NCBI GenBank assembly: GCA_963776275.1
Contig: CAVZMI010000023.1
Span: 160,001-224,000, forward strand
From: Ignavibacteriota bacterium
GTDB lineage: Bacteria; Bacteroidota; Ignavibacteria; UBA10030; CAVZMI01
DNA length: 64,000 bases
Direction: 5' to 3'
Of the stretch, positions 1 through 10,146 are shown in pieces. Position numbers and translations under genes: made by a program. Under the pieces are notes generated by a model. It was not told the origin of the DNA. It saw nothing but the letters and a program-made list of their open reading frames with translations, and did not search any database. Positions within the stretch are counted from its first letter, which is position 1. Each line of letters opens with the position of its first letter.

Positions 1-190
1 CCTATGTGACTCTGACGGGCCCTGAGTGGTTAACTGGGGGTGTTTTCGGCCTGAAGGTGGTATCGCGGCGACTGTCGTTCTGGTTCTGGCATCAATTGTG
101 ATCTGGAGAGTCCCGTGGATTAAAAATGAAAATCCCCCGGCGGTTATTGACACATCAATTCAATCTGCCGATGGAAAGATAAACGAATGA
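1..190 (+). CDS. 3' end of CPBP/CAAX-family intramembrane metalloprotease (partial, apparent frameshift near 50)
   Basis: Reads YVTLTGPEWLTGGVFG|(P)EGGIAATVVLVLASIVIW...KINE* if one base is restored at ttcggcctgaagg. GPEWLTGGxFGPEG is a typical CPBP C-terminal motif. Stop overlaps the next start (ATGA at 187-190). Confidence 0.55.
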
Positions 191-1350
191 ATCTTCAAAA
201 AATACTTATCGGATTATGCATTGGTCTATGCTGTTATGTGAATGTATCGCCTGCTCAATGGGATACAGATTCAATATTCGATATTCACACACAGCAGGGC
301 ATTAACGCCGTATATAACCTTGATTTCCCCAATGCAACGAGGGAATTTGAGGCCTTGGTCGCGCTTAAGCCAAAACATCCGGCAGGCCATTTTTTCCTGG
401 CCATGGTAGAGTGGGAAAAAATTTTAATCGATATTGACGATGAATCGCGCGACGATACTTTCTTTGACATGCTCGACAAAGTGATCGATCTCTGCGATGA
501 TCGTCTTGATGAAAATCCAAACGACATCACCGCACTCTTTTTTAAAGGAGGAGCTATCGGATTCCGCGGCAGACTTCGTGCCCATCGGAGTCATTGGCTG
601 CGGGCGGCGAATGACGGTCGACGCGCACTTCCCATCGTGCAAAAGATCCAGGAGCTGGACCGAAATAATTATGACGTTTTGCTCGGCACAGGAATCTATG
701 ATTATTTCGCCGAAGTTGTTCCTAACGAATATCCGTTTCTGAAGCCATTAATGATTTTTTTCCCGACGGGGAATAAGGAAAAGGGAATACGGGAACTTCG
801 CCTTGCATCTGAAAAGGCAAAATATGCCGCGGCAGAAGCATCATATTTTTTAATGGAGGTGTACATTAACTATGAACATCAACCCTCGAACGCCTTGATG
901 CCGGCATTGAAGCTTACAGCCCGATTTCCAAACAACCCGCAATTTGCCCGATATTTAGGGCGGTGTTATGTTCAAACCGGAATCTGGCCCGAGGTGTTCC
1001 GTGTTTTTTCAGATATACGGAGAAAGGGACTCGAACGGATGACCGGATATACAATGAATGTCGTCCGGGAAGCAGAATATTATATTGGAATGTATTATTT
1101 TACCTCTAAGGTATATGAAATGGCTCTCCCGCATTTCTTTGCCTGTGATTCGCTTTCTCGGACGCTTGACCGAAAGAACGGGCCTTCGGGTTTCATGACG
1201 ATGACGAATCTTAGACTTGGACAAATTTACGATCTTCAGGGCAAGCGCGATTATGCACTTCAAGAGTACCGAAAGGTGATCATATTAAATGATTATGAAA
1301 ATGCACATGCCCTTGCCGAACAATACACAAAAACACCTTTCAAATACTGA
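187..1350 (+). CDS. Secreted tetratricopeptide-repeat protein
   Basis: 387 aa, N-terminal signal peptide, TPR-like helices (e.g. LRLGQIYDLQGKRDYALQEYRKV). Confidence 0.75.
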   Translation: MNLQKILIGLCIGLCCYVNVSPAQWDTDSIFDIHTQQGINAVYNLDFPNATREFEALVALKPKHPAGHFFLAMVEWEKILIDIDDESRDDTFFDMLDKVIDLCDDRLDENPNDITALFFKGGAIGFRGRLRAHRSHWLRAANDGRRALPIVQKIQELDRNNYDVLLGTGIYDYFAEVVPNEYPFLKPLMIFFPTGNKEKGIRELRLASEKAKYAAAEASYFLMEVYINYEHQPSNALMPALKLTARFPNNPQFARYLGRCYVQTGIWPEVFRVFSDIRRKGLERMTGYTMNVVREAEYYIGMYYFTSKVYEMALPHFFACDSLSRTLDRKNGPSGFMTMTNLRLGQIYDLQGKRDYALQEYRKVIILNDYENAHALAEQYTKTPFKY

Positions 1351-2114
1351 TGACCGACATTACCATCATATTATTTTTCGGATTTATTGCAGCGTTTGCC
1401 GAGATCATAGGTGCAGCGATCGTGCTTCTCCGGCAGCGATGGCCCCGGAAATTTCAGGAATATCTCCTTGCCCTTGGAGCCGGATTCATCCTCGCGCTCG
1501 TCTTCAGTGAGTTAATTCCAAGGAGTTTCGATGCAATCGGGGCGATCGCAGCAGTCTTTATTATTCTCGGATATGCCGTAATCCATTTGTTCGAGCACAC
1601 CATAGTCGGCCATCTCCACTTTGGTGAAGAAACGCATCATGATGTCATGGTCTCGAAGATCGCCAGTCTCTCTGCATATGCCGGACTTTTCGTCCATGCG
1701 TTTTTTGATGGATTATCAATTTCTGTCGGAATGCATTTCAATTTTTTAGTGGGGCTGTTGATCTTTATTGCTGTCCTGCTGCATAAGATTCCTGAAGGAA
1801 TGACTATTGCTTCGATCATGCTCTCGGCAGACCATACAAAGAAATTTCGATTATGGGCATCGTATAGTCTTGGTGCTGCTACAATGCTGGGAGCATGTAT
1901 GATTTTCATCTTAACGAATGTCGACGTGAGAATCACAGGTATCGCGTTTGCGTTTTCGGCGGGAGCTGGAGCATATGTCGGTGCAACCGATCTTGTTCCC
2001 GAGATCAACAAATCTGAGAACCGCCTTGCTCCGATTATTGTCCTGATAGGGATGCTTCTCTTTTATGGAACGCTGCGCGGACTCGAAATTGTCTCGGGTA
2101 TACACACACATTAA
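1350..2114 (+). CDS. ZIP-family metal (Zn/Fe) transporter
   Basis: About 8 TM segments, HAFFDG and LHKIPEG motifs, His-rich loop HLHFGEETHH. Confidence 0.9.
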   Translation: MTDITIILFFGFIAAFAEIIGAAIVLLRQRWPRKFQEYLLALGAGFILALVFSELIPRSFDAIGAIAAVFIILGYAVIHLFEHTIVGHLHFGEETHHDVMVSKIASLSAYAGLFVHAFFDGLSISVGMHFNFLVGLLIFIAVLLHKIPEGMTIASIMLSADHTKKFRLWASYSLGAATMLGACMIFILTNVDVRITGIAFAFSAGAGAYVGATDLVPEINKSENRLAPIIVLIGMLLFYGTLRGLEIVSGIHTH

Positions 2115-2169
2115 TACGAAATGATCGTTTTAAAAAATGACCATTTCATATCCTGTGATCATGAAAAAA

Positions 2170-3123
2170 TCAGAATGAGGTTGAGATCGAAATCCTGTGA
2201 GTAGCACCTACGGCGCCAAACGAGTTATACGCGTAGTCCACCATGTATCCCTTCACAAGAATTCCACCTCCGAGAGAAAAGCCGGCCATACCTGCCGATG
2301 TTCCGAGTTTTAAATCCAGCCGGCGTTGGTTGTTATAGCCGACGCGGAGTTTTACAACAGAACTGAGCGAGAATTCCCCTCCCAGTGAAAAACATTTAAA
2401 ACGATCGATAAAAGAATTTTCGGCATAATTCAATTGATGAAAATTGATATTAAGCAGGAGGGGCAGGTGTTCAAGCTTTTTCGATATTCCGATGGAAATA
2501 TCGAATGGAAGACTCTCATTTGTACTGATGTATGATTTTGTCTGCCGGCCGATATTGGTGGCACTTACACCGAGTGTGAACAGCTTATCAGGGATATTGT
2601 ACAAGAATCCAATATCGAATCCGACCGCCGTGGAAGTGTATTCAGCAATGGATGAGTAAATAAATTTTGCGTTAATTCCGTACGTCAGATTTTCGTACAT
2701 GAGATTGGAGTAATTGAGTGTGATCGCGAGATCGTTCGCCGTGAACGTCCCGAGTCTATTTCCCAGTTCATCAGTCTGTGCGAACGAGCCATAGTTCACG
2801 TATTGAATTCCTCCGCCCACCCAGCCAAAGTCCTCAATATTTTGTCCGTAGCTGGCAGTACCGGCATTGATATCAACGAGATTCTTAAAAAAGCCGAACG
2901 AAATCTGTCGGGCTTCAAGTGTACCAATGATAGCCGGATTAACGAAGATGCCGTTTGGGTCGTTGACAATGCTTACGAAACTGCCGCCAAGGCCGGCTGC
3001 GCGTGCGCTTGCGTCGGTTCTTAAAAAAGCATACGTGGAATTATCCGCAGCCTGACAGGGAAGCGAAAGAGGAATTATTCCCATGAAAGAAAATAGAAAA
3101 ACCACCAAAGAATTAAGACGCAT
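2170..3123 (-). CDS. PorV/PorQ-family outer-membrane protein (type IX secretion associated)
   Basis: Signal peptide, FLRTDASARAAGLG..NPA motif, beta-barrel ending THRISISTSF. Confidence 0.8.
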   Translation of the reverse strand: MRLNSLVVFLFSFMGIIPLSLPCQAADNSTYAFLRTDASARAAGLGGSFVSIVNDPNGIFVNPAIIGTLEARQISFGFFKNLVDINAGTASYGQNIEDFGWVGGGIQYVNYGSFAQTDELGNRLGTFTANDLAITLNYSNLMYENLTYGINAKFIYSSIAEYTSTAVGFDIGFLYNIPDKLFTLGVSATNIGRQTKSYISTNESLPFDISIGISKKLEHLPLLLNINFHQLNYAENSFIDRFKCFSLGGEFSLSSVVKLRVGYNNQRRLDLKLGTSAGMAGFSLGGGILVKGYMVDYAYNSFGAVGATHRISISTSF

Positions 3124-3248
3124 ATTTATCCTTTTATATAAAGTATAATGTATCGAAATTGGCCGTAAACTTCAACATTTTTCTTCGTTGCAATTCTGAA
3201 AAAAAATCATTAAATTTTAATGCTTAATATTATAAATAGGGAGATTCA

Positions 3249-3476
3249 ATGAAAGCTTCAATTCATCCTGAGTATAAGAAATCGGTCGTTACCTGTATCT
3301 GTGGAAATGTATTCGAGACACGGTCGACAGTCGGTAATATCAAGGTTGAAATTTGTTCAAAGTGCCATCCGTTTTTTACGGGGCGTCAGAAATTGGTAGA
3401 CTCGGCCGGACGTGTCGAGCGCTTCAACAGGAAATACGGAAAGAAAACAACGGAAACGGCATCGCAGGCTTCGTAG
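3249..3476 (+). CDS. rpmE: 50S ribosomal protein L31 (Zn-binding type)
   Basis: [31 protein letters not shown]; SD ggag upstream. Confidence 0.98.
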   Translation: MKASIHPEYKKSVVTCICGNVFETRSTVGNIKVEICSKCHPFFTGRQKLVDSAGRVERFNRKYGKKTTETASQAS

Positions 3477-3511
3477 ACAATGGCCGGCCGCCGTCCAGCA
3501 TGTTGCACAAC

Positions 3512-3546
3512 AAAAACGGAATGAGATGCTCCATTCCGTTTTTTTG
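3512..3546 (+). terminator. Rho-independent terminator after rpmE
   Basis: aaaaacggaatg-agatgctc-cattccgttttttt hairpin with T tract. Confidence 0.8.
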
Positions 3547-3876
3547 TTTTTCAATTGTCGATCCTGAATTATCCTGCAAAGCTGCATATGTATGCTCGTT
3601 TTTTTGAATATGATGAATCCGCGGGCAAGTCGCACTTGTTACGATGGAGTGTAGCGAAATACCCGCAGTTTTCCTTCGCGGTGAATTCATACCAAATGGA
3701 CTCCCTCGATGACTTCATAGAAATTATGAACGGTAAAGTGCAAAAGTTACCGGCCCTTTATCCAAAAAAATCCCTTCCCGGAAGGAGGGTGAACTCGATT
3801 CAGAAGGAATTTGTTAAATGTACAGCGGCGCAGTCTTACAAAATATTATCCATATTATCATAGACCGGGTAAGCAA

Positions 3877-5235
3877 ATGACAGCAGAGACAGCCGAACGC
3901 TCGCTCTATGACAGCGTTCGAGGAATTGCGGTAAAAATACTCAATAGGGTTGAACGTACGGACTCGTATCTCGATAAACTCCTCGATAATGAACTCCGCT
4001 CTGACGACCTGAACGATCTGGATAAAGGGCTTCTTAACGAGCTTGTGCACGGAGTTCTTCGATGGCAATTAAAACTCGATTGGGTTATTACAGGATTCTT
4101 TCATGGAAATTACCCGAAGTCGAATGTGAATGTCCGGAATGCTCTTCGAGTAGCCCTGTATCAAATTCTTTTTCTCGAACGCATTCCGTCGTCCGCTGCC
4201 GTAAATGAAGCTGTCGAGATGGTTAAAAGAATTCGCGGACAGAAATCGGCCGATCTTGTCAATGCAGTATTGAGAAACATCGATCGCAATATCGCCGCTA
4301 TCCGTTATCCGGTGGCCGATGAAAATCCAATTCATTACCTGTCTGTCGTCTATTCGCACCCACAATGGATTGTGCGTCGATGGATAGAGCGATACGGTAT
4401 CGAGGGGACAGAGAAGATTCTTGCGGCAAATAATGAAAGACCCCCGATTACTGTGCGGGTGAATCAAATCCGCTCTACAACTGAAGAGATCACGACCCTT
4501 TTTGATACCGCTCATATCCACTATGTAAGGTCTCTCTATATTCCCACTTTTCTTCGGGTCTCAGGGTTAGGGAATGTCGGCAACAATTCGGCGTTTCAGG
4601 AGGGAAAATTTACCGTTCAGGATGAGAGTGCGGGACTCGTATGCCAGCTCGTCTCACCTCAACCCGGTGAGAGAATCATCGATTTCTGTGCGGCACCCGG
4701 CGGTAAATCGACCTATCTTGCAGAGTTGATGCAAAACAAGGGAGAGGTTATCGCAATTGACAAGTACGATATGAAACTGCGGATGATCCGGAGTGCGGCT
4801 GAACGTTTGGGAATAACGATCATTTCAACAATGGAAGCCGATGCAACGATCTACGACGGTAGTGTCGCCGATAAGGTTCTCCTGGATGCGCCCTGTTCCG
4901 GTCTCGGTGTGCTGACGAAGAAGCCCGATATCAAGTGGAAACGGGAACCGGAAGATATTGCAACACTTGTTGAATTGCAGAAAAGACTTTTACACAATGC
5001 AGCACATTTGGTAAGACCGGGAGGTGTGCTTGTCTATAGCACCTGTACTACCGAACCTGAAGAGAATATCGAGTTGATTCGTCGATTTCGTGATACCCAT
5101 CCGGAGTTTATCGTCGACGATGCACGAAAGTATGTTCACGTGGATGTCGTTAATGCGGAAGGTTGTATTGAAACCCTGACAAGTGTTCACGGCATTGATG
5201 GATCGTTCGCGGTACGACTTATTAGGAATCACTGA
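3877..5235 (+). CDS. rsmB: 16S rRNA m5C967 methyltransferase
   Basis: NusB-like N-terminal domain, QDE, DFCAAPGGKS, DAPCSG and YSTCT motifs; start placed at ATG 3877. Confidence 0.95.
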   Translation: MTAETAERSLYDSVRGIAVKILNRVERTDSYLDKLLDNELRSDDLNDLDKGLLNELVHGVLRWQLKLDWVITGFFHGNYPKSNVNVRNALRVALYQILFLERIPSSAAVNEAVEMVKRIRGQKSADLVNAVLRNIDRNIAAIRYPVADENPIHYLSVVYSHPQWIVRRWIERYGIEGTEKILAANNERPPITVRVNQIRSTTEEITTLFDTAHIHYVRSLYIPTFLRVSGLGNVGNNSAFQEGKFTVQDESAGLVCQLVSPQPGERIIDFCAAPGGKSTYLAELMQNKGEVIAIDKYDMKLRMIRSAAERLGITIISTMEADATIYDGSVADKVLLDAPCSGLGVLTKKPDIKWKREPEDIATLVELQKRLLHNAAHLVRPGGVLVYSTCTTEPEENIELIRRFRDTHPEFIVDDARKYVHVDVVNAEGCIETLTSVHGIDGSFAVRLIRNH

Positions 5236-5259
5236 TTGTTCGAGGAGAAATATAATACC

Positions 5260-6486
5260 ATGAAAGCGATTATTAAGGAACGTCCTGAACAGGGGAAAGA
5301 ATGGGAAACGGGACTCCGATTTGTCGAAAAGCCCATACCGACGCTTCAAAAAGATACTGATGTCAAGCTTCAGATAGTTGCAAGTGCCATCTGCGGGACT
5401 GATCTTGGTATTTACAATTCGAAGGAATCACTGCGGGACCTAATGTCCGTTGCGATGAAGCCCGACGTGATTATCGGTCATGAATTTTGCAGTACACTCA
5501 GTGAGGCAGGGGCTGCGGCCCGCGTTCACCTTGCGGCGCTTCTCATTACAGAGGCAAGAGGGGATAGGGTAATTCAAAGATTCATCAAGGGTCGTTCGGC
5601 GAAGGGACTGGCAAAAGACACTCATTTTCTGGAGTTTCTATCAGAACATTTTTATTCGACGGCTGAAATGCACGTCACATGCGGGAAATGCTATCAATGC
5701 CGGACGGGGCAGAGACATATCTGCTCCAACACCATTATACGTGGAATCCAAGATGACGGTGCATTCACCCGGTATATAGTTCTACCAGCGGAGAATATCA
5801 GAATATTCAAGAAGGGTGATATTCCCCCTGATGTCATTGCATTTATGGATGCTATAGGGAATGCGACGCATACCGTGCAATCGGCAAACGTTAGAGGAAA
5901 AACAATTGCAATCACCGGACTCGGTGTTCAAGGGCTGATGGCAACGGCAATTGCCAAATCAGCCGGAGCAAAAAAAATATTTGTCACTGACGCGTCCCAC
6001 GGTGAGTTTACCTACGAGAAACTGGCGAACGGACGGTTTCGACTTGCACGTTTATACGGGGCGGACGATTGTTTTGATGTTCATATCGATAATGATAAAG
6101 ATCGGTTCTATAAAACGGTAAAAAAGGAGACCAATGGTGTCGGTGTCGATGCCGTGCTTGAAATGTCCGGCAACTACAAGGCGTATGAAGATGCATTTAG
6201 AGTGCTCAGGATGGGAGGTTGTATATCACTTCTCGGTCTCCCGGGTGGGATGATGGTAGTTGATTTTTCAAAAGATGTTATCTTTAAAGGAGTTACAATT
6301 CACGGAGTGATCGGCCGCCGCATCTGGGAGACATGGGATATGATGACTCATATTCTGAGGAAAGGATTGGCAAAGACCTTCATCGAGACAGGATTCATCA
6401 CGCATGATTTACTACTCGAGAAATATGAAGAAGGCTTCCAAGCCATTATGAATGGCGACGCACTTAAAGTGATATTGCGTCCGTAG
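5260..6486 (+). CDS. tdh: L-threonine 3-dehydrogenase-like Zn-dependent dehydrogenase (with internal insertion)
   Basis: ICGTD, GHE, CGKCYQC..C Zn motifs, GLGVQG Rossmann motif, IHGVIGRRIWETW; adjacent to kbl. Confidence 0.8.
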   Translation: MKAIIKERPEQGKEWETGLRFVEKPIPTLQKDTDVKLQIVASAICGTDLGIYNSKESLRDLMSVAMKPDVIIGHEFCSTLSEAGAAARVHLAALLITEARGDRVIQRFIKGRSAKGLAKDTHFLEFLSEHFYSTAEMHVTCGKCYQCRTGQRHICSNTIIRGIQDDGAFTRYIVLPAENIRIFKKGDIPPDVIAFMDAIGNATHTVQSANVRGKTIAITGLGVQGLMATAIAKSAGAKKIFVTDASHGEFTYEKLANGRFRLARLYGADDCFDVHIDNDKDRFYKTVKKETNGVGVDAVLEMSGNYKAYEDAFRVLRMGGCISLLGLPGGMMVVDFSKDVIFKGVTIHGVIGRRIWETWDMMTHILRKGLAKTFIETGFITHDLLLEKYEEGFQAIMNGDALKVILRP

Positions 6487-6503
6487 AAAATCCAACGGAA
6501 GGA

Positions 6504-7739
6504 ATGACATGTATGCAACAATTGTATGAATTGCTCGTTGCTGAGCTTGATCAGCTCAGGCACTTAAAAACATACAAGTATGAAACGGAACTCGAAGGCC
6601 CGCAGGATGGTGTCGTGCGGGTTAAAGGACGCAGTGTCGTCATGCTTGCATCAAATAACTATATCGGAATGGCAAATCATCCCGCCATCAAGAAGTCCGC
6701 AATTGATGGCATTAAGAAATATGGATATGGAATGGCGTCGGTACGTTTTATATGCGGTACGCAGACAATTCATCGTACCCTGGAAAAAAAGATCGCAAAG
6801 TTTGTTGGAACTGAAGATGCGATTCTCTTTTCTTCGTGCTGGTCGGCAAACGAGGCATTTTTTGCTGCATTAAGTAATGAAAAATTTGGGACAGAAAGCT
6901 ATAAGGATGTCATCTATAGTGATCGTTTGAATCACGCCAGTATCATTGATGGACAACGCCTGACCCGATCAGATACCTGCGATCGCAAGATATATCAACA
7001 TGCCGATCTCAACGATCTTGCACGCCAACTTGAGGATGATAAAGGAAAGGATTATCGCTTCCGCATGATTGCAACAGATGGTGTTTTTAGCATGGAAGGA
7101 GATCTTGCGCCGCTCGATAAGCTGGTAGAAATTGCACGGCAATATCAGGCTATTCTTTTCGTTGATGATTCGCATGCGGTTGGGGTTGTCGGGAAGACCG
7201 GTCGTGGCACACCCGAACATTTTAATGTACTGGGTAAGGTGGATATCATTACAGGTACACTGGGGAAAGCCATCGGTGGTGCTTCAGGAGGATATATTGC
7301 CGGAAGAAAAGAGCTTGTTGATTATATGCGACAGAAAGCTCGAACGTATATCTTTTCAAATTCACTCCCGCCGTCAATCGTCACGGCGTGCATAGCCAGT
7401 TTCGATTTGCTCTCTAGGGATAAATCGATAGTCCGGCGGTTGCATGAAAACACTGCGTATTTCCGGCAGGAGATCAAGAGACTAGGATTCACAATTCTTG
7501 AAGGGACACACCCAATTGTGCCGATTATGCTCGGTGAAGCGGCACTTGCTCAGGATATGTCGGCTGCTTTATTGAAAGAGGGTGTTTATGTCAAGGGATT
7601 ATGGTATCCCGTTGTTCCGAAAGGTGAAGCACGACTTCGGGCTCAAATATCTGCAGCATTGAAAAAAAACGACATCGATCGGGCACTTGCGGCATTCAAA
7701 AAAGTGGGAATGAAATTCGGAGTGATCCGAAAAAATTGA
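6504..7739 (+). CDS. kbl: 2-amino-3-ketobutyrate CoA ligase (glycine C-acetyltransferase)
   Basis: ASNNY, SVRFICGTQ, SDRLNHASIIDG, TDGVFSMEGD, DDSHA, TLGKAIGGASGGY (PLP Lys). Confidence 0.93.
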   Translation: MTCMQQLYELLVAELDQLRHLKTYKYETELEGPQDGVVRVKGRSVVMLASNNYIGMANHPAIKKSAIDGIKKYGYGMASVRFICGTQTIHRTLEKKIAKFVGTEDAILFSSCWSANEAFFAALSNEKFGTESYKDVIYSDRLNHASIIDGQRLTRSDTCDRKIYQHADLNDLARQLEDDKGKDYRFRMIATDGVFSMEGDLAPLDKLVEIARQYQAILFVDDSHAVGVVGKTGRGTPEHFNVLGKVDIITGTLGKAIGGASGGYIAGRKELVDYMRQKARTYIFSNSLPPSIVTACIASFDLLSRDKSIVRRLHENTAYFRQEIKRLGFTILEGTHPIVPIMLGEAALAQDMSAALLKEGVYVKGLWYPVVPKGEARLRAQISAALKKNDIDRALAAFKKVGMKFGVIRKN

Positions 7740-7797
7740 TACTTACCCTGTTTTTCAATATCTTATTCTACGGATGTAGTACATAAAAAGGAAGCGA

Positions 7798-8898
7798 ATG
7801 AAGCCGTTGACCAAGGAAAATATACTCGAGGCATTAAGACAGGTTCATGATCCTGATCTCAATCGTGATATTGTGACACTTAATTTTGTGAAAGATATTA
7901 CTATTAATGGAAACAATATAGCGGTAACCGTCGAACTTACAACTCCAGCTTGTCCCGTCCGGGATGAGTTGAAAAGTTCCTGTGTTCGTGTTATTAAGGA
8001 AAATATTGAGGGAGTCGGAAATATCGCTGTTACAATGACGTCGAATGTCGTAAGTCGTGACAATGTTCAGCCGGGGATAATTCTCCCCGGCGTGAAACAT
8101 ACGGTTGCGATTGCATCGGGAAAAGGGGGAGTTGGCAAATCGACAATAGCTGTGAATCTGGCCGTTGCCCTCGCACGTGACGGGGCAAAAGTGGGACTGG
8201 TAGATGCCGATGTCTATGGTCCGAGCATTCCTGTTATGATGGGGATTGATGATAGACCGAGACTGCGAAATAACAAGATAATTCCACTAGAAAACCACGG
8301 CGTCAAAGTCATGTCGATTGGATTCCTCATCGATCCGTTGCAGGCAATAATATGGCGGGGACCCATGGCGAGTAGTGCAGTAAAACAGTTCCTCACCGAT
8401 GTCGACTGGGGAGAACTCGATTATCTACTTTTTGATCTTCCGCCCGGGACCGGAGATGTCCAACTAACGCTTGTTCAAACAATTCCCTTAACAGGTGCCG
8501 TTATCGTAACAACTCCGCAGGATATATCGCTTTCCGATGCCAGAAAAGGACTTATGATGTTCCGGAAAGTCAATGTTCCGATTCTTGGTATTATTGAGAA
8601 TATGAGTTATTTTATCTGTTCACATTGCGGGCATCGTGAAGAGATTTTCAGCTATGGTGGTGGGAAAAGGACTGCCAGAGAACTTGAGACTGTCTTTTTG
8701 GGGGAAATACCAATTCATACCGATATCCGGATTGGTAGTGACGTTGGGAGACCGATCGTGATTGCCGAAACCGATACGGAACTTTCCGAAATCATCCAAA
8801 AGATTGCCCGGGCGATGGCTGCACAGCTTAGTATTCATACTATCAACGCTCCGCCTGTTCCGACAAAGTCAGGACGGATGTCCGGTGCATCCCGCTAA
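7798..8898 (+). CDS. mrp: Mrp/ApbC/NBP35 Fe-S cluster carrier ATPase
   Basis: N-terminal FeS_assembly_P domain (TTPACP), SGKGGVGKST, DLPPGTGD, ENMSYFICSHC. Confidence 0.93.
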   Translation: MKPLTKENILEALRQVHDPDLNRDIVTLNFVKDITINGNNIAVTVELTTPACPVRDELKSSCVRVIKENIEGVGNIAVTMTSNVVSRDNVQPGIILPGVKHTVAIASGKGGVGKSTIAVNLAVALARDGAKVGLVDADVYGPSIPVMMGIDDRPRLRNNKIIPLENHGVKVMSIGFLIDPLQAIIWRGPMASSAVKQFLTDVDWGELDYLLFDLPPGTGDVQLTLVQTIPLTGAVIVTTPQDISLSDARKGLMMFRKVNVPILGIIENMSYFICSHCGHREEIFSYGGGKRTARELETVFLGEIPIHTDIRIGSDVGRPIVIAETDTELSEIIQKIARAMAAQLSIHTINAPPVPTKSGRMSGASR

Positions 8899-8918
8899 TA
8901 GCGGTACGGAGAAACCCA

Positions 8919-9170
8919 ATGAACACCATTAATGAAACAAGCGAAACACTACAGGAACGAGTGAAAAAAGTTCTTGAGTCCGTCCGTCCATATCTTCAAG
9001 CCGATGGCGGTGATGTCGATCTTGTCAAGATTACCGATGACGGAATTGTCTCGGTTCATCTTATTGGAGCGTGCGGATCATGTCCAATGGCGATGATGAC
9101 GCTTCGTGCAGGGATTGAACGTGCGCTTATGCGTGAAATACCCGAAGTAAAACGAGTCGAAGCTGTATAA
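8919..9170 (+). CDS. NifU C-terminal / NfuA-like Fe-S carrier
   Basis: VRPYLQADGGD, GACGSCP. Confidence 0.92.
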   Translation: MNTINETSETLQERVKKVLESVRPYLQADGGDVDLVKITDDGIVSVHLIGACGSCPMAMMTLRAGIERALMREIPEVKRVEAV

Positions 9171-9191
9171 TCAAAAAGAGATGTAAAAACG

Positions 9192-9225
9192 AAAGGCGGT
9201 TCATATGCAATGAACCGCCTTTTTT
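9192..9225. terminator. Bidirectional terminator between nifU and the convergent lipoprotein gene
   Basis: aaaggcggttcat-atgca-atgaaccgcctttttt. Confidence 0.8.
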
Positions 9226-9258
9226 CTTTCCTGTCAAAGACTGATGTGGAGAATAGTT

Positions 9259-10146
9259 CTAATGTCCGTATGTATTACCGCATGATTTGTTTTTATTATT
9301 ATTTCCACAACTACCACCATTACCAGAACGGCCGGTATTATTTCCGCAACCGCCGTCATTACCATAATGATCGGTATTATTTCCGCAACCGCCGTCATTA
9401 CCATAATGATCGGTATTATTTCCGCAACCGCCGCCATTACCATAATGATCGGTATTATTTCCGCAACCGCCGCCATTACCATAATGATCGGTATTATTTC
9501 CACAACCGCCGCAATTGCCAGAATGCCCGGTATTGTTTCCATAAGCGTTGCCGCCATTACCATAACAGCCATTATTGTTTCCGCAATAGCCGTCCCAATT
9601 GCCCCAACCATAGCCGTTCCAACCGTCCCAACAATATCCATTGCCACAGCCCCAATGACAACTATCGTTCGTGACATCATTCTCGGGTACAGATTCTGCC
9701 ACGGTAATTGATAAAGGTGTGACATTCATGACATTTCCAATGAGAATAACATCATAAGTTCCTATAGCTGGAAGAGTGATATTTGCCGTCCATTGACCTG
9801 TCGCTGCATCATCGAGGACAGCCTGGTCTGACGTTGCATCGCCAATAATAATAACGGCATCGACACCACTGGTCACCGGGTTCCCTCCCGAATCGACGAC
9901 GATAAACTTTACCGGGACTTGCATTCCAGGAGTGAAAGGTTTATCGAGCGAAATAGGTGGTCGCCATCCACCAAAGATAAGCGCTGATCCACCCATAATA
10001 AAATTAACTCGAGGAAGATTGACGGTATTCGAATTGAGATTTGAATTGGAACTTAAGATCGGATTATCAATATTATCCTGACAACCAGTTAAAAAACCCC
10101 CCATGCATAAAATCAACAACATAAACAACGAAATTCCTTTTATCAT
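9259..10146 (-). CDS. Lipoprotein with an Ig-like central region and a Gly/Asn/Cys/His-rich tandem-repeat C-terminus
   Basis: Lipobox FLTGC, SD ggagatgg upstream, C-terminal (GCGNNTDHYGN[G/D]G)n. Confidence 0.75.
   Translation of the reverse strand: MIKGISLFMLLILCMGGFLTGCQDNIDNPILSSNSNLNSNTVNLPRVNFIMGGSALIFGGWRPPISLDKPFTPGMQVPVKFIVVDSGGNPVTSGVDAVIIIGDATSDQAVLDDAATGQWTANITLPAIGTYDVILIGNVMNVTPLSITVAESVPENDVTNDSCHWGCGNGYCWDGWNGYGWGNWDGYCGNNNGCYGNGGNAYGNNTGHSGNCGGCGNNTDHYGNGGGCGNNTDHYGNGGGCGNNTDHYGNDGGCGNNTDHYGNDGGCGNNTGRSGNGGSCGNNNKNKSCGNTYGH
9294..9566. repeat. 39-bp coding tandem repeat (4 near-perfect copies at 9333-9488 plus degenerate flanking copies)
   Basis: Unit cggtattatttccgcaaccgccg(t/c)cattaccataatgat, head-to-tail with no spacers. 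Confidence 0.95.

Noticed and set aside
9294-9566. 39-bp repeats as a CRISPR array
   Set aside because: Head-to-tail units without unique spacers, length is a multiple of 3 inside an ORF, and there are no cas genes.
9210-9725. Overlapping ORFs 9210-9674(+), 9234-9725(-) and 9367-9711(+)
   Set aside because: Shadow frames kept open by a stop-free repeat; only 9259-10146 has an SD, signal peptide and lipobox.
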